A stretch of 64,000 nt of DNA, taken from the NCBI GenBank assembly GCA_964482715.1, contig CAYZYX010000003.1, forward strand, positions 1 to 64,000, read 5' to 3'. The translations under genes and the position numbers were made by a program. Positions within the stretch are counted from its first letter, which is position 1. Every line of letters starts with the position of its first letter. This DNA is from an uncultured Clostridia bacterium. GTDB taxonomy: Bacteria > Aerophobota > Aerophobia > Aerophobales > B3-G15. Positions 20,284-32,181 of the stretch are shown here, piece by piece. The notes under the pieces are model-generated. The model saw only the letters and a list, made by a program, of their open reading frames with translations. It was not told where the DNA came from and searched no databases.

Positions 20284-20568
20284 ATGGGTCGTTCGGTAAA
20301 AAAAGGACCGTGGGTTGACCCTTCCTTACTGGAAAAAGTAGAAAAGATGAAAAAAGAGGGTCAGAAGAAACCCATAAAGACCTGGTCCAGAAGATCCACT
20401 ATAATTCCTGAGTTTGTTGGATATACTTTCGCTGTGCATAACGGAAAAGAATTTAAGAATGTATATATTACCGAAGAAATGGTAGGTCATAAACTGGGTG
20501 AATTTGCCCCTACTCGAAGGTTTGACCATCATGGGGCTCACACCAAGCGTGTCATTGCACCTAAATAA
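20284..20568 (+). CDS. rpsS: 30S ribosomal protein S19
   Basis: [23 protein letters not shown]. Confidence 0.99.
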   Translation: MGRSVKKGPWVDPSLLEKVEKMKKEGQKKPIKTWSRRSTIIPEFVGYTFAVHNGKEFKNVYITEEMVGHKLGEFAPTRRFDHHGAHTKRVIAPK

Positions 20569-20587
20569 ATTTAGTTGAGGTTGAAGT

Positions 20588-20920
20588 ATGGAAGTTCGAG
20601 CGGTAGGAAAATACATAAGAATATCACCCTTTAAAGCTCAAAAAGTTGCTGAACTCATAAGAGGAAAAACAGTTGAGGAGGCTTTGAATATTTTGAAACT
20701 GACTCCCAAAAAGGCCTCCGGGATTATAGAGAAAATTTTAAATTCAGCAATAGCAAATGCTGAGAACAACTTTGATCTTTCCAGGGACAATCTTTTTGTA
20801 AAGATCGCTCAGGTGGACAAAGGTCCAACGCTCAAGAGAATAAAACCAAGAGCGAGGGGTAGAGCTGATTTGATGAGAAGAAGAACCTCCCACATAACCA
20901 TTGTTCTTGACAGTAAGTAA
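20588..20920 (+). CDS. rplV: 50S ribosomal protein L22
   Basis: [23 protein letters not shown]. Confidence 0.98.
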   Translation: MEVRAVGKYIRISPFKAQKVAELIRGKTVEEALNILKLTPKKASGIIEKILNSAIANAENNFDLSRDNLFVKIAQVDKGPTLKRIKPRARGRADLMRRRTSHITIVLDSK

Positions 20921-20983
20921 AAGTTTTATTTAAATATTACATATTTTAATTACCAGGACTTGAGTTAAACAAAGGAGGAAAGT

Positions 20984-21667
20984 TTGGGGCAAAAAGTAAA
21001 TCCAGAAGGATTGAGACTGGGTGTAATAAAGGACTGGCATGCTCGCTGGTATGCTGAAGGAAAGGAGTATGCCAAAATCTTAGAAAGCGATCTTAAAATT
21101 CGTGAACATCTTATGAAAAAGTTCAAAAGAGCAAGTATTTCTGACGTTCTAATAGAAAGGGCAACCAACAAGCTACGGATTACTATATATGCGGCCAGGC
21201 CAGGTATAATTATTGGAAAGAAGGGAGAGACTATTGAAAAAGTTAAAGAAGAGTTATCCCGATTTGCTCCCGACAGTAAAATATTTTTGAATGTTCAGGA
21301 AGTCACTCGACCAGAACTTGATGCTCAACTTGTGGCTGAGAGGATCGCTTTCCAATTAGAAAGAAGAGTGAGTGCTAAGAGAGCGATGAGAGAGGCGATT
21401 TCAAGAGTGATGGAAATGGGGGCCGAAGGTATAAAGATTATGTGTAAAGGCAGGATAGGAGGAGCAGAAATAGCCAGAAAAGAGTGGATGAAGGAAGGGA
21501 AAATTCCACTACACACATTGAGGGCCGATATTGACTATGGAGTTGCAACTGCCCACACCATTTATGGATGTATCGGAGTGAAAGTCTGGATTTATAAGGG
21601 TGAAGTTTTACCCAGAAAAACTTTTGAGGAGAAATTAGAAGATGCCTTTACAACCCAAAAGAGTTAA
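20984..21667 (+). CDS. rpsC: 30S ribosomal protein S3
   Basis: TTG start after [39 protein letters not shown]. Confidence 0.98.
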   Translation: MGQKVNPEGLRLGVIKDWHARWYAEGKEYAKILESDLKIREHLMKKFKRASISDVLIERATNKLRITIYAARPGIIIGKKGETIEKVKEELSRFAPDSKIFLNVQEVTRPELDAQLVAERIAFQLERRVSAKRAMREAISRVMEMGAEGIKIMCKGRIGGAEIARKEWMKEGKIPLHTLRADIDYGVATAHTIYGCIGVKVWIYKGEVLPRKTFEEKLEDAFTTQKS

Positions 21668-22064
21668 ATATAGAAAAACACAAAGAGGAAAAGTTAAGGG
21701 AATAGCAAGCAGTGGGGTTGAACTGAGTTTTGGGGAATATGGACTTATTGCTCAGGAGGGAGGATGGATAACAGCAAGGCAGATTGAGGCGACTCGTGTT
21801 ACTATTGTGAGGAATTTGAAACATGAGGGTCGTCTGTGGATCAGAATTTTCCCCGATAAATCGGTTACAAAAAAGCCCTTAGAAACCAGAATGGGCAAAG
21901 GAAAAGGCGAACTCGCTTTCTGGGTAGCTGTGGTTCGCCCTGGTAGGGTCCTTTTTGAAATTGGTGGAGTAGATGAAAGAAAAGCTAAAGATGCTCTAAC
22001 TCTGGCTTCCCATAAGCTGCCCATAAAGACCAAATTTATCTGTGCTGAAGAGGCTTTATTATGA
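21642..22064 (+). CDS. rplP: 50S ribosomal protein L16
   Basis: [23 protein letters not shown]. Confidence 0.98.
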   Translation: MPLQPKRVKYRKTQRGKVKGIASSGVELSFGEYGLIAQEGGWITARQIEATRVTIVRNLKHEGRLWIRIFPDKSVTKKPLETRMGKGKGELAFWVAVVRPGRVLFEIGGVDERKAKDALTLASHKLPIKTKFICAEEALL

Positions 22065-22276
22065 GGATGGATGAATTAAGAGAGTTAGAACGAGCAGATC
22101 TTTTAGAGAGACTGAGAAAACTGGAGAAGGAACTTTTAGATATAAGGATACAGGTAGCTCAGGGTAAAATGACCACACCGTCAAAGAAGAGACAGGTAAA
22201 AAAAGAAATAGCACGTATAAAGACTCTCTTAAGAGAAAGAGAATTAGGCATAAACAAAAACAGGAGTGTAAGTTGA
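22061..22276 (+). CDS. rpmC: 50S ribosomal protein L29
   Basis: [13 protein letters not shown]; position between rplP and rpsQ. Confidence 0.93.
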   Translation: MRMDELRELERADLLERLRKLEKELLDIRIQVAQGKMTTPSKKRQVKKEIARIKTLLRERELGINKNRSVS

Positions 22277-22542
22277 GGCGACAGTCTAAAGTTCTGGTGG
22301 GAGAGGTAGTTAGTGATAAGATGGACAAAACTGTAGTGGTGAAAATTGAGCGAAGAATGGCTCATCCTCTTTATGGTAAAACAATTACCAAGCGTAAGAA
22401 AGTAAAGGCACATGATGAGCGAAATGAATGCAAAATAGGTGATTTGGTAAAAATACAGGAAACAAGACCCCTTTCTAAGGAAAAAAGGTGGAGAGTGATT
22501 GAAATATTAAAGAGGGAACAGGTAGGCCATGATTCAACTTAG
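22273..22542 (+). CDS. rpsQ: 30S ribosomal protein S17
   Basis: [32 protein letters not shown] start after AGGAG. Confidence 0.98.
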   Translation: MRRQSKVLVGEVVSDKMDKTVVVKIERRMAHPLYGKTITKRKKVKAHDERNECKIGDLVKIQETRPLSKEKRWRVIEILKREQVGHDST

Positions 22543-22897
22543 AACACAACTTGTAGTGGCTGATAACTCAGGAGTAAAAAGAATAATGTGTATAGGGATA
22601 CTGGGTGGTTCCTCACGCCGGTATGCCAGTGTGGGGGATGTGATCGTAGCTTCAGTTAAGAAGACCATACCCAATTCCGAGATACCAAAAGGTGAAGTAG
22701 TAAGAGCTGTGGTGGTGAGGACAAAAAAAGAAGTGCGGAGAAAGGATGGGACTTACATCAGATTTGATGAAAACGCTGGTGTAATCATAGACAATGCAGG
22801 TAATCCAAGGGGTACACGTATTTTTGGACCGGTAACCAGAGAATTACGGGAGAAAAATTTTATGAAAATAATATCTCTTGCACCGGAGGTTCTTTAG
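22529..22897 (+). CDS. rplN: 50S ribosomal protein L14
   Basis: [29 protein letters not shown]. Confidence 0.99.
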   Translation: MIQLRTQLVVADNSGVKRIMCIGILGGSSRRYASVGDVIVASVKKTIPNSEIPKGEVVRAVVVRTKKEVRRKDGTYIRFDENAGVIIDNAGNPRGTRIFGPVTRELREKNFMKIISLAPEVL

Positions 22898-22906
22898 GAG
22901 GCTAAG

Positions 22907-23233
22907 GTGTCTCGTATAAAAGTTGGCGATGAAGTAGTGGTTATATCTGGCAAGGATAAGGGCAAGGTGGGAAGGGTAATAGAGAGGATTCCCAAAGAAG
23001 ATAAGGTGGTAGTGGAAGGAGTCAATATTGTTAAACGTCATATTCGGCCAAGAAGAAGAGGTCAGGAAAGTGGAATTGTAGAAAGGGAAGCTCCCATTCC
23101 TTCTTGCAAGGTAATGTTTGTTTGTCCTCGTTGTGGGAAAAAAACGAGAATTGGGATGAAAATTAACGTTCTTGAAGATGGAGAAAAAGAAAAACTCAGA
23201 ATATGTAAGAAGTGTGGAGAAGTAATAGACTAA
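22907..23233 (+). CDS. rplX: 50S ribosomal protein L24 (two CxxC)
   Basis: [25 protein letters not shown] start after AGGAGG. Confidence 0.98.
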   Translation: MSRIKVGDEVVVISGKDKGKVGRVIERIPKEDKVVVEGVNIVKRHIRPRRRGQESGIVEREAPIPSCKVMFVCPRCGKKTRIGMKINVLEDGEKEKLRICKKCGEVID

Positions 23234-23243
23234 GGATTCAGTT

Positions 23244-23786
23244 ATGGCCAGATTAAAAGAGTTATACAAAAAAGAGATCGTTCCTCAGCTAATGAAGGAA
23301 TTGGGATTTGACAATCCCATGAGGGTTCCGAGGGTGGAGAAGGTTTGTGTAAATGTGGGTTTGGGAAGAGCAAAAACCGAGCCTAAGTTAATAGAAGTGG
23401 CAAAAAAGTCCCTTGCTTTAATTACCGGACAGCAACCAATTGTTACAAAAGCAAAAAGGTCTATCGCGGGGTTCAATTTAAGGAAGGGGATGGCTATAGG
23501 TTGTAAAGTCACACTGAGGGGAGACAGGATGTATGAATTTTTGGATCGACTTTTTAATCTGGCAATGCCAAGGATCAGAGACTTTCATGGAATTTCTCCC
23601 AGATTTTTTGATGGACAGGGAAACATCACAATTGGTTTTCGTGATCAGCTTATTTTTCCTGAGGCAGAATATGAAGATGCATCCAGACTTCCGGGTCTTT
23701 CGGTAACAATTGTTACCACGGCCAGGAGTGATGAGGAGGCCATGGAATTACTCAGAAAATTGGGTATGCCTTTCAGCAGTCAGTAA
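23244..23786 (+). CDS. rplE: 50S ribosomal protein L5
   Basis: ITGQQP, KVTLRG, PRIRDF, FDGQGN. Confidence 0.98.
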   Translation: MARLKELYKKEIVPQLMKELGFDNPMRVPRVEKVCVNVGLGRAKTEPKLIEVAKKSLALITGQQPIVTKAKRSIAGFNLRKGMAIGCKVTLRGDRMYEFLDRLFNLAMPRIRDFHGISPRFFDGQGNITIGFRDQLIFPEAEYEDASRLPGLSVTIVTTARSDEEAMELLRKLGMPFSSQ

Positions 23787-23808
23787 ATGTTAGAATAAAG
23801 GGGCCATC

Positions 23809-23994
23809 ATGGCAAGGAAAGCTTTAATAGAGAAGTGGAAGAGAGAACCTAAGTTTAAGGTAAGAAAGTACAACCGTTGTGGAAGATGTGGAAGGCCGAG
23901 AGCTTATATTCGGCAATTTGGTATATGTCGTCTCTGTTTCCGAGAATTAGCCTATAAGGGGTATCTTCCGGGAGTTAAAAAAGCAAGTTGGTGA
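23809..23994 (+). CDS. rpsZ: 30S ribosomal protein S14, zinc type (61 aa)
   Basis: RCGRCGRPR...[17 protein letters not shown]. Confidence 0.97.
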   Translation: MARKALIEKWKREPKFKVRKYNRCGRCGRPRAYIRQFGICRLCFRELAYKGYLPGVKKASW

Positions 23995-24011
23995 TACAAA
24001 GAGAGGGGTAT

Positions 24012-24404
24012 ATGCAGACTGATCCAATTGCTGATTTTTTAACCAGAATAAGAAACGCTAATATGGTTTACAAGGAAAGTGTGGAAGTCCCGGGTTCTAA
24101 GATGAAGGAAGCTATTGCTGAAGTTTTGAGACGGGAAGGGTTCATTAAAGGCTACAAAGTCAAGGTAAAGGAGGGTAAGAAGTTTTTGGAGATCTTTCTG
24201 AAGTTCTCAGATGGAGAAAGGGTGATAAGAAACCTGGAGAGGGTGAGTAGTCCAGGAAGAAGAATATATGTTTCCAAGGATGAGATTCCTCGCGTCTGCA
24301 GTGGACTTGGAATATGTATTCTTTCTACTTCTAAAGGCATACTTACCGGACAGGAAGCTAAGAGGTTAGGAGTGGGAGGAGAAGTAATTTGTTATGTGTG
24401 GTAA
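24012..24404 (+). CDS. rpsH: 30S ribosomal protein S8
   Basis: [38 protein letters not shown] 24012. Confidence 0.98.
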   Translation: MQTDPIADFLTRIRNANMVYKESVEVPGSKMKEAIAEVLRREGFIKGYKVKVKEGKKFLEIFLKFSDGERVIRNLERVSSPGRRIYVSKDEIPRVCSGLGICILSTSKGILTGQEAKRLGVGGEVICYVW

Positions 24405-24459
24405 TTCAGTATTTTATTAAATATAAAATAGCCAATCTGAGGTCAGAAAGGAGCTGGTA

Positions 24460-25008
24460 ATGTCCAGAATTGGAAAGAAGCCAATTTCTGTTCCCAAAGG
24501 AGTTGAAGTTTCTATAGAGGAGGGCCAGATCAGAATAAAGGGTCCTAAGGGGGGGTTAACGCAGAAAATTCCTCTTTGCTGTCGAGTTGTACTGGAGAAT
24601 GGTCAGATTCTGGTTCAAAGATTAAGAGATGACAAGAAAGCCAGAGCTCTGCACGGGACCATCAGGAGTTTAATTTTTAATATGGTAAAAGGAGTGCTTG
24701 AGGGATACGAGAAAGAACTTAAGATAGTGGGTATGGGTTATCGTGCCTCCCTTGAGGGTGGTAAATTGACTTTAAACCTTGGATTTTCTCATCCAGTTAC
24801 CTATATTCCACCTCAGGGAATTAAAATTGAAGTTCCAGACCCTACCACTATAAAAGTTTCGGGGTGTGATAAGCAAAAAGTGGGAGAAGTAGCTTCGGAA
24901 ATCAGAAGTATAAAGAAGCCCGATCCTTATAAGGGGAAGGGCATAAGGTATAAAGATGAAGTGGTAAAACTTAAAGTGGGAAAAGCCGCCCTGGGTGGCA
25001 AAGGATAG
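24460..25008 (+). CDS. rplF: 50S ribosomal protein L6
   Basis: MSRIGKKPI, LGFSHP, PDPYKGKGIRY. Confidence 0.99.
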   Translation: MSRIGKKPISVPKGVEVSIEEGQIRIKGPKGGLTQKIPLCCRVVLENGQILVQRLRDDKKARALHGTIRSLIFNMVKGVLEGYEKELKIVGMGYRASLEGGKLTLNLGFSHPVTYIPPQGIKIEVPDPTTIKVSGCDKQKVGEVASEIRSIKKPDPYKGKGIRYKDEVVKLKVGKAALGGKG

Positions 25009-25035
25009 TTAGCTGATTATAAATAGGGTGGAAAA

Positions 25036-25407
25036 ATGAGATCCGTAGAAGAAAAAATCAGACGCAGGGAAAGAAGGAAGAAAGGAATAAGAAAGAAAAT
25101 CTATGGAACCTCAGATAGGCCACGGCTTTGTGTTTACAAAAGTAACCGTTACATTTATGCACAGATTATCGATGATACAAAAGGGATAACCTTGCTTTCC
25201 CTATCCTCCTTAATCTATAAAAAAGATAAACAGGATAAAAGCAATTACAAAAGTATGGAAATTGCCAGGAGATTAGGAGAGGATTTGGGTAAACTGGCAA
25301 TTCAAAAAGGGATAAAAAAAGCGGTTTTTGATCGAAGTGGCTATCCTTATCATGGTAGAATAAAGGCCTTAGCAGATGGTGTAAGAAAACAGGGAGTTGA
25401 ATTTTAG
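25036..25407 (+). CDS. rplR: 50S ribosomal protein L18
   Basis: RPRLCVYKSN, YAQIIDD, FDRSGYPYHGR. Confidence 0.98.
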   Translation: MRSVEEKIRRRERRKKGIRKKIYGTSDRPRLCVYKSNRYIYAQIIDDTKGITLLSLSSLIYKKDKQDKSNYKSMEIARRLGEDLGKLAIQKGIKKAVFDRSGYPYHGRIKALADGVRKQGVEF

Positions 25408-25422
25408 ACTCAGGGAGTAAAG

Positions 25423-25956
25423 ATGCAAAAAGAGATTATAGAAGAACTGGTTGAGACACCAGAGGAAGTTGGTGAATTAGAGGAAAGATTAATAAGGGTC
25501 AGGAGAGTTTTTACGGTTGTTAAGGGGGGCAGGAAGATAGGTTTTAACGCTCTCGTGGTTGTGGGTAATAAAAATGGATGGGTTGGATTGGGTCTGGGTA
25601 AAGCCCGCGAACTTCTCCTTGCCATTAACAAGGGGCGCCGAGAGGCTGAAAAGAACCTTCTTCAGATACCTGTAGTAAACAACACCATTCCCCATGAGGT
25701 AATTGGTAAATACAAAGCATCTAAAGTTTTGCTTAAGCCAGCTTCCCCTGGAACAGGAATTATTGCTGGAACCACAGTAAGAGCAATTGTTGAACTCGCT
25801 GGAATAAAGGATATTTTAACCAAATCCCTTGGTAGTGATAATCCACTTAATTTAGCTAAAGCTACTATTGAAGGTCTAAAGAATTTGCGTTCACCAGAGG
25901 AAGTATTTAGATTAAGAGGTAAAGGAGTTAAAAGTGAACTTAATAGAGATACTTAA
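25423..25956 (+). CDS. rpsE: 30S ribosomal protein S5
   Basis: [29 protein letters not shown]. Confidence 0.98.
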   Translation: MQKEIIEELVETPEEVGELEERLIRVRRVFTVVKGGRKIGFNALVVVGNKNGWVGLGLGKARELLLAINKGRREAEKNLLQIPVVNNTIPHEVIGKYKASKVLLKPASPGTGIIAGTTVRAIVELAGIKDILTKSLGSDNPLNLAKATIEGLKNLRSPEEVFRLRGKGVKSELNRDT

Positions 25957-26380
25957 AGTTCCCCCCGGAGCGACTCAGCGTAAGAAGAGAGTGGGGAGAG
26001 GTCCAAGTTCAGGTCACGGAAAAACCTGTACTCGGGGAACCAAGGGACAAAAGGCGAGAGGAAGTGGTAAAATTCCGCCCTGGTTTGAAGGGGGTCAAAT
26101 GCCCCTTACCCGCAGGATTCCCAAAAGGGGCTTTTCTGCTTTCCGAAAGAAAGAATACGAGATCGTTAATGTGGGGGAACTGAACGTTTTTGAAGCCGGA
26201 ACTTTAGTGGATCCTGAAGTTTTGAAAAAGAGGGGCTTTATTAAGAAGACGTCTTTCGTAAAGATCCTCGGAAAAGGGACACTGAATAAACCTTTACATG
26301 TGAAAGCTCATTCTTTTTCCAAAAGCGCAGAGAGTAAAATTTCTCAAGCCGGAGGGAAAGTAGAGGTAATAAAATGTTAG
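25934..26380 (+). CDS. rplO: 50S ribosomal protein L15
   Basis: [33 protein letters not shown] start after AAGGAG. Confidence 0.98.
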   Translation: MNLIEILKVPPGATQRKKRVGRGPSSGHGKTCTRGTKGQKARGSGKIPPWFEGGQMPLTRRIPKRGFSAFRKKEYEIVNVGELNVFEAGTLVDPEVLKKRGFIKKTSFVKILGKGTLNKPLHVKAHSFSKSAESKISQAGGKVEVIKC

Positions 26381-27657
26381 ATAAACTTCAGAGTATTTTT
26401 AAGATTCCTGAGCTCCGGCGAAGAATAATTTTTACTTTATTCATGTTTATTGTTTTCAGATTAGGCTCCTTTATTCCTATTCCAGGAGTTGATATAGAAG
26501 CTCTTGCTCAGTCGACAATTTTTCAAACCGGTGCTTTTGGATTAATGAATATATTCGCTGGAGGTGCACTCAGAAGGATGTCGATTTTCTCTCTGGGGGT
26601 CATGCCTTATATAAGTGCCTCTATCATAATGCAGCTTTTAACCGTGGCCATTCCCAGACTTGAGGAACTGGCTCGTGAGGGGGAAGAGGGTAGAAAGAAA
26701 ATAACCCAATATGCAAGATTTGCCACCATTCCTATAGCTGCCGTTCAGGGGATAGCTCTTTGTTACTGGATTCAGAGTATAAATAATGGCGCTTTTGTTT
26801 ATATGAGAGGTTTCAATTTTCTTTTTCCGGCAGTTTTAACTCTTATAACAGGGACTATATTTATCATGTGGATTGGAGAGAAAATAACCGAAAGAGGAAT
26901 TGGAAATGGTATTTCTTTAATAATTTTTGCCGGGATTGTTGCTCAAATTAGGCCGGCTACTGGAAACATCTTAAGGTTAGCCCAGACCGGGCAATTGGCT
27001 CCATTTATAATTTTTCTGTTTACCGTAATATCTATACTGGTAACTGCTGCTGTGGTTGTTATTTATCAGGCTGAAAGAAGAATTCCCATTCGCTATGCCA
27101 GAAGAATAGTAGGCAGGCGCGCCTATGGGGGACAGACTACCTATCTTCCCATTCGTATAGGTGGAGTGGGAGTGATCGCTATAATTTTTGCCATTTCCGT
27201 TCTTCTTTTCCCCTCGACTCTTGCAAGATTTATAAATCATCCTCTGGCTCAGGAAGTTGCTCGCTGGCTTTCTCCTGGTTCTTTGCTATACTATATTCTA
27301 TATGCTCTGGCAGTAATATTTTTCACTTTTTTCTATACGGCAGTCGTTTTTAATCCTGTTGAAGTAGCCAATAATATGCGAAGGTACGGTGGATTCATAC
27401 CCGGACTGAGACCTGGAAAGCCAACTGCTGAATATGTAACCAGTGTGCTTACCAGAGTTACTTTTATGGGAGCCTTATTTTTTGCTTTCATTGCTATTGT
27501 GCCGGTGCTTATCAATCAGGAACTTCTATACAACAGTTTCCCTTTTGGAGGAACTTCCATACTTATTGCTGTTGGAGTTGCCCTGGATACAGCCCAGCAA
27601 CTCGAATCGCATCTTCTCATGCGACATTACAGGGGATTTATCAGGGGAAGGACGTGA
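26374..27657 (+). CDS. secY: Preprotein translocase subunit SecY
   Basis: [40 protein letters not shown]; multiple TM segments. Confidence 0.99.
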   Translation: MLDKLQSIFKIPELRRRIIFTLFMFIVFRLGSFIPIPGVDIEALAQSTIFQTGAFGLMNIFAGGALRRMSIFSLGVMPYISASIIMQLLTVAIPRLEELAREGEEGRKKITQYARFATIPIAAVQGIALCYWIQSINNGAFVYMRGFNFLFPAVLTLITGTIFIMWIGEKITERGIGNGISLIIFAGIVAQIRPATGNILRLAQTGQLAPFIIFLFTVISILVTAAVVVIYQAERRIPIRYARRIVGRRAYGGQTTYLPIRIGGVGVIAIIFAISVLLFPSTLARFINHPLAQEVARWLSPGSLLYYILYALAVIFFTFFYTAVVFNPVEVANNMRRYGGFIPGLRPGKPTAEYVTSVLTRVTFMGALFFAFIAIVPVLINQELLYNSFPFGGTSILIAVGVALDTAQQLESHLLMRHYRGFIRGRT

Positions 27658-27666
27658 GGTTTTACC

Positions 27667-28293
27667 ATGAAAATAGTCATGCTGGGTCCTCCCGGAGCAG
27701 GTAAGGGAACACAGGCAGAGAAATTATCCAGAAAGTTAAATGTGCCACATCTATCGGCCGGTGACCTGCTCAGGGAAGTGGTGGTAAAAGAGACTTCTCT
27801 TGGAAAGGAGGCCAGGTCATATATGGAAAAAGGTGAACTTGTTCCTGATTCAATTATCATGCAGATAATAGAAGAAAAAATTGAGAGTTTAAAAGACGGC
27901 TTTATTCTGGATGGTTTTCCTCGCAATATAAATCAGGCAAAAGCTCTCGACAGATATCTGGAAGACAGAGGAGAAAAGCTGGATCTGGTAATAAATTTAG
28001 AAGTTGATAAAGATACAGTGATAAAAAGACTTACAGGAAGGTTAGTGTGTCAAGAATGCGGTAAAGTTTATCATGTGGAAAATATACCACCCCGGATGAT
28101 CTGTCAGGACTGTGGAAACAGGTTGGTTCAGCGAGCAGATGATAATGAGGAAACTATAAATAACAGACTCAAAGTATATTTTAAACATACTCATCCTTTA
28201 ATTGAGTACTATCAAAAAAAGGGTCTTTTAAGAAGTATTTCGGGAGAGGGAACCCCTCAGGAGGTTTTTGAGAGAATCATTAATCTTATATGA
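27667..28293 (+). CDS. adk: Adenylate kinase (zinc LID)
   Basis: GPPGAGKGTQA, LDGFPR, CxxC...CxxC LID. Confidence 0.98.
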   Translation: MKIVMLGPPGAGKGTQAEKLSRKLNVPHLSAGDLLREVVVKETSLGKEARSYMEKGELVPDSIIMQIIEEKIESLKDGFILDGFPRNINQAKALDRYLEDRGEKLDLVINLEVDKDTVIKRLTGRLVCQECGKVYHVENIPPRMICQDCGNRLVQRADDNEETINNRLKVYFKHTHPLIEYYQKKGLLRSISGEGTPQEVFERIINLI

Positions 28294-29033
28294 TTCGAGT
28301 AAAAACAAAGAATCAAATTTGTCGTATTAGAGAAAGCGGTCTGATAATTGCAGAGATTTTTCAAGAAGTTAAAAATATAATAAAACCAGGAGTCACAACA
28401 CAGGAGATTGATGAATGGATTGGTGAATTTATAAAGAAAAAAGGAGCTCGTTCTGCCTTCAAGGGATACAGAGGTTATCCCAGTAATTGCTGTATTTCCA
28501 TAAATGAGGAGGTGGTTCACGGAATTCCTTCTGCACGGGTTATAAAGGTGGGTGACATTGTTTCCATTGATGTAGGAGTTAACCTGGATGGATTTATAGC
28601 AGATTCGGCTAAAACGTTTGCCGTGAGTGAAATTTCGGAGGAAAAGGCACGGCTTTTGAGAGTTACGGAAGAAGCTCTTTATAAGGGGATTGGACAGATG
28701 AGGGCAGGAAACAGAGTAGGGGATATCAGTAATGCGATTCAAAGACATGTAGAAAAAGCTGGCTTCTCAGTGGTTAAAGTTTTATTTGGACATGGGGTGG
28801 GTTTTTCTCTTCATGAAGACCCGATAGTCCCTAATTTTGGTAAAGCCCACAGGGGCGAGATATTGAGAGAAGGGATGGTTTTAGCTATAGAGCCTATGGT
28901 TAACGCCGGACACGAAGAAGTTAAAGTATTGGATAACCGCTGGACTGTTGTAACTTGTGATGGTAAACCCTCTGCTCATTTTGAACATACGGTGGCCGTG
29001 GTAGATGGAAAACCTAAAATTTTAACCTGTTAA
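28290..29033 (+). CDS. map: Methionine aminopeptidase type I
   Basis: [32 protein letters not shown]. Confidence 0.98.
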   Translation: MIRVKTKNQICRIRESGLIIAEIFQEVKNIIKPGVTTQEIDEWIGEFIKKKGARSAFKGYRGYPSNCCISINEEVVHGIPSARVIKVGDIVSIDVGVNLDGFIADSAKTFAVSEISEEKARLLRVTEEALYKGIGQMRAGNRVGDISNAIQRHVEKAGFSVVKVLFGHGVGFSLHEDPIVPNFGKAHRGEILREGMVLAIEPMVNAGHEEVKVLDNRWTVVTCDGKPSAHFEHTVAVVDGKPKILTC

Positions 29034-29053
29034 TTATTAGAAGGAGGGGCAAT

Positions 29054-29281
29054 TTGCCTAAGGAAAAAATGATAAAGGCATCAGGGATTGTGATAGAAAC
29101 CCTCCCTAATGCCACATTTAGAGTGGAACTACCAAATGGCCATCGAGTATTAGCTCATGTTTGTGGAAAGATGAGAATGAAATTTATTCGCATTTTACCT
29201 GGTGATAGGGTAAATCTGGAGATTTCACCTTATGATCCCACCAGGGGTAGAATAATTTACAGAGAAGGAAAGGGGAGATAA
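29054..29281 (+). CDS. infA: Translation initiation factor IF-1
   Basis: [38 protein letters not shown] start after AAGGAGG. Confidence 0.97.
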   Translation: MPKEKMIKASGIVIETLPNATFRVELPNGHRVLAHVCGKMRMKFIRILPGDRVNLEISPYDPTRGRIIYREGKGR

Positions 29282-29394
29282 TGAAAGTAAGGTCTTCGGT
29301 TAGAAAAATATGTAAGAAGTGTAAGATTATTAAAAGAAAGGGAGTTATAAGGGTAATTTGCGAAAATCCCAAGCATAAGCAGCGCCAGGGGTAA
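29281..29394 (+). CDS. rpmJ: 50S ribosomal protein L36 (not in ORF track)
   Basis: [37 protein letters not shown]. Confidence 0.98.
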   Translation: MKVRSSVRKICKKCKIIKRKGVIRVICENPKHKQRQG

Positions 29395-29404
29395 GGAGGA
29401 TAAA

Positions 29405-29779
29405 ATGGCCAGAATTGCCGGGGTGGAACTTCCCCCTAATAAAGCAGCAGTAATAGGGCTAACTGCTATATATGGAATAGGACGCAGTCGTTCTGAGAGA
29501 ATACTGCATGAAGCAGGAATAAATCCTAACACTAAAATAAAGGATCTAACTGAAGATGAAATAAACAGATTAAGGCATATCATTGAAGAAAATTACAAAA
29601 TAGAGGGTGATTTAAGACAGGAGATAAAAAGTAACATTTCCCGGCTCATAAGTATTAGCTGCTATAGAGGGATAAGACATAAAAAAGGATTACCGGTTCG
29701 GGGACAGAGGACAAGATGTAATGCAAGAACCCGGAAGGGTCCTCGCCGAACTGTTGGAGCAAAAAAGAAGAAGAAATAA
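29405..29779 (+). CDS. rpsM: 30S ribosomal protein S13
   Basis: [28 protein letters not shown]. Confidence 0.99.
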   Translation: MARIAGVELPPNKAAVIGLTAIYGIGRSRSERILHEAGINPNTKIKDLTEDEINRLRHIIEENYKIEGDLRQEIKSNISRLISISCYRGIRHKKGLPVRGQRTRCNARTRKGPRRTVGAKKKKK

Positions 29780-29809
29780 ATCAAGAATAATTTTTAAGGA
29801 GATATAGAA

Positions 29810-30202
29810 GTGGCTTCTAAAAGGAAAAAAGAAAAAAAGAAGAAAAGAGAAAAAGTAGAAGAGGGAATGGCATACATACATTCTACGTTTAACAACACTA
29901 TTGTTACCATTACTAATCTGGAAGGAGATGTTCTTTGCTGGTCCTCTGCAGGGGTGGTAGGGTTTAAGGGAACAAAGAAAGGAACTCCCTTTGCTGCCCA
30001 AAAGGTTGCAGAAGATGCAGCTAAAAAAGCCCAGGAAAATTACGGACTCCAGAGAGTTATAGTGGTGGTCAAGGGTCCTGGATCCGGCCGTGAAACAGCA
30101 ATAAGAACACTTCAGGCAAGCGGGTTAAAGGTGGTGGCTATAAGAGAGGCAACACCCATTCCTCATAATGGATGCCGTCCTCCAAAAAAACGTAAGGTGT
30201 AA
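29810..30202 (+). CDS. rpsK: 30S ribosomal protein S11
   Basis: [35 protein letters not shown]. Confidence 0.99.
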   Translation: MASKRKKEKKKKREKVEEGMAYIHSTFNNTIVTITNLEGDVLCWSSAGVVGFKGTKKGTPFAAQKVAEDAAKKAQENYGLQRVIVVVKGPGSGRETAIRTLQASGLKVVAIREATPIPHNGCRPPKKRKV

Positions 30203-30215
30203 GAGGAGATGAAAA

Positions 30216-30830
30216 ATGGGCTTAAAGCTGGAAAGTAAATGTGTTCGCTGCCGTCGATTAAATACCAAGCTATTTTTAAAAGGGGAAAGATGTTTAACCA
30301 ATAAGTGTGCTCTGGAAAGAAGAAGAGTTCCCGTAATTTCCGAGAGACGAATGTCACAATATGCCCGTCAGTTAAGAGAAAAACAAAAACTGCGATTTAA
30401 ATATGGAGTTACAGAGACCCAATTTCGGCGATATTACGAAAGAGCAGAAAAGATGAAGGGTATAACCGGAGAAGAGCTCCTGCGCCTTCTGGAGAGAAGA
30501 CTGGATAATGTTATCTTCAGATTAGGTTTTTGTGCCAGTAGAGCTCAGGCTCGACAGTTGGTTGTACACGGCCATTTTATGGTTAATGACAGAAAGGTGA
30601 AGAGTCCCTCCTATCTTGTAAAAGAAGGAGATGTTATAGAACTTAACAAAAGAAGTAGAAAACTGGAGGTTATTAAACAGAATTTACAGAGCTCAAGTGG
30701 TAGAGCCGTACCTGCCTGGCTGGAAAGAGATGACAAGCTTTTGAAAGGAAAGGTATTGCGGTTTCCCGAAAGGGAAGAACTGGATCAAGAGGTTGATGTT
30801 TCTCTTATTGTGGAGTATTATTCCCGTTAA
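30216..30830 (+). CDS. rpsD: 30S ribosomal protein S4
   Basis: QLREKQK, LERRLDNVIFRLG, ARQLVVHGH, LIVEYYSR. Confidence 0.98.
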   Translation: MGLKLESKCVRCRRLNTKLFLKGERCLTNKCALERRRVPVISERRMSQYARQLREKQKLRFKYGVTETQFRRYYERAEKMKGITGEELLRLLERRLDNVIFRLGFCASRAQARQLVVHGHFMVNDRKVKSPSYLVKEGDVIELNKRSRKLEVIKQNLQSSSGRAVPAWLERDDKLLKGKVLRFPEREELDQEVDVSLIVEYYSR

Positions 30831-30875
30831 CCAGTATTTTATTGTTTAGTAAAAATCTTGATAAAGGAGGAATTG

Positions 30876-31820
30876 GTGAGAGAACTAATAAAGCCAGAAA
30901 AAATAAAAATTGAAAAAGAAACTCTCTCTCCAACTTATGGAAAGTTTGTCATAGAACCTCTGGAAAGAGGTTATGGTATAACACTGGGTAATTCTCTTCG
31001 TCGGATATTACTTTCCTCAATTTCAGGAGCAGCTGTGACGGCCATAAAAATAGATGGGGTAACTCACGAGTTTGCTACTTTGCCGGGAGTTAAAGAAGAT
31101 GTTCTACAGATCATTCAAAATTTGAAAAAACTCAGAGTTAAGCTATATACTGATGAAGAAAAGGAGGTATTAATTGATGAAAAAGGCCCTCTTGAGGTGA
31201 AAGCCGCTCACATTAAAACTGATAAAGAGGTTGAGGTTGTAAATCCAGATCTACACATTGCTACTTTAAACGATGAGAACACAAGATTTACCATGCAGAT
31301 AAGACTGGCCTGGGGAAGAGGTTATGTGGAGGCCAGTGAAAACAGGGGAGAAAATCAACCCATTGGAACTATTCCCATAGATTCTATATTCACTCCTGTT
31401 ACCAAGGTTAAATATGAAGTTCACCCGGCTCGGATTGGAAGAAAGACCAGCTTTGATTCTCTGATTATGGAAATTTTTACTGATGGAACCATAAAACCAG
31501 AGGAGGCATTGACTCAAGCTGCCAGAATTCTTCGTGATTTCGCAAGTTTATGTGTTTTAGAGGAAAAAGAAGAAAAACCAAAGGAAGAAGAAGAATCTAA
31601 GAATGAATTTTTAAAAAATGACGTTGAAGAAATAGGTCTTTCTACTTCAGTCATTAATGCATTGAAAAACGCAGGCATAATGAAGGTCGGCGATCTTGTT
31701 AAAATGGCTCCTAAAGACCTCTTGATGTTACACAACTTTGGGGAAAAGTCCTTAGAGAAATTGAGAAAGAAACTTGCTGAATACAATCTTGAATTAAAGG
31801 GTAATGAAAATGAGACATAA
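30876..31820 (+). CDS. rpoA: RNA polymerase alpha subunit
   Basis: EPLERGYGITLGNSLRRILLSS, IDSIFTPV, NFGEKSL; GTG 30876 after AAGGAGG. Confidence 0.98.
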   Translation: MRELIKPEKIKIEKETLSPTYGKFVIEPLERGYGITLGNSLRRILLSSISGAAVTAIKIDGVTHEFATLPGVKEDVLQIIQNLKKLRVKLYTDEEKEVLIDEKGPLEVKAAHIKTDKEVEVVNPDLHIATLNDENTRFTMQIRLAWGRGYVEASENRGENQPIGTIPIDSIFTPVTKVKYEVHPARIGRKTSFDSLIMEIFTDGTIKPEEALTQAARILRDFASLCVLEEKEEKPKEEEESKNEFLKNDVEEIGLSTSVINALKNAGIMKVGDLVKMAPKDLLMLHNFGEKSLEKLRKKLAEYNLELKGNENET

Positions 31821-32160
31821 GAAAAAAGGAAAAAAGCTCTCACGGGATAGAGACCAGCGTAGAGCTCTTCTCTCCAATCAAGTAAAAGATCTTTTATTTA
31901 AAGAGGAGATTATTACCACCCAGGCTAAAGCCAAAGAAACCGCAAGGCTGGCGGAAAGGATGATAACCTTAGCCAAGGAGAATTCTCTTCACCATCGGAG
32001 GTTGGTGTTAAGAACAGTTAAAAATAAAAAGGTGGTAAGTAAGCTCTTCTCGGTTATTGCTCCTCGGTATCAAAATCAAAATGGTGGTTACACCAAAATA
32101 ATAAAATTAGGTTATCGCAGAGGAGATAATGCTTTAATGTGTAAGGTAAAGTTAGTGTAG
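31810..32160 (+). CDS. rplQ: 50S ribosomal protein L17
   Basis: MRHKK, ITTQAKAKE, GGYTKIIK, RRGDNA. Confidence 0.98.
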   Translation: MRHKKKGKKLSRDRDQRRALLSNQVKDLLFKEEIITTQAKAKETARLAERMITLAKENSLHHRRLVLRTVKNKKVVSKLFSVIAPRYQNQNGGYTKIIKLGYRRGDNALMCKVKLV

Positions 32161-32181
32161 GAAAGATTCTCTTTTAATAGA

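Noticed and set aside
22907-30830. Zinc-ribbon forms of L24, S14, L36, S4 and the Adk LID
   Set aside because: Common in anaerobes and thermophiles; not novel
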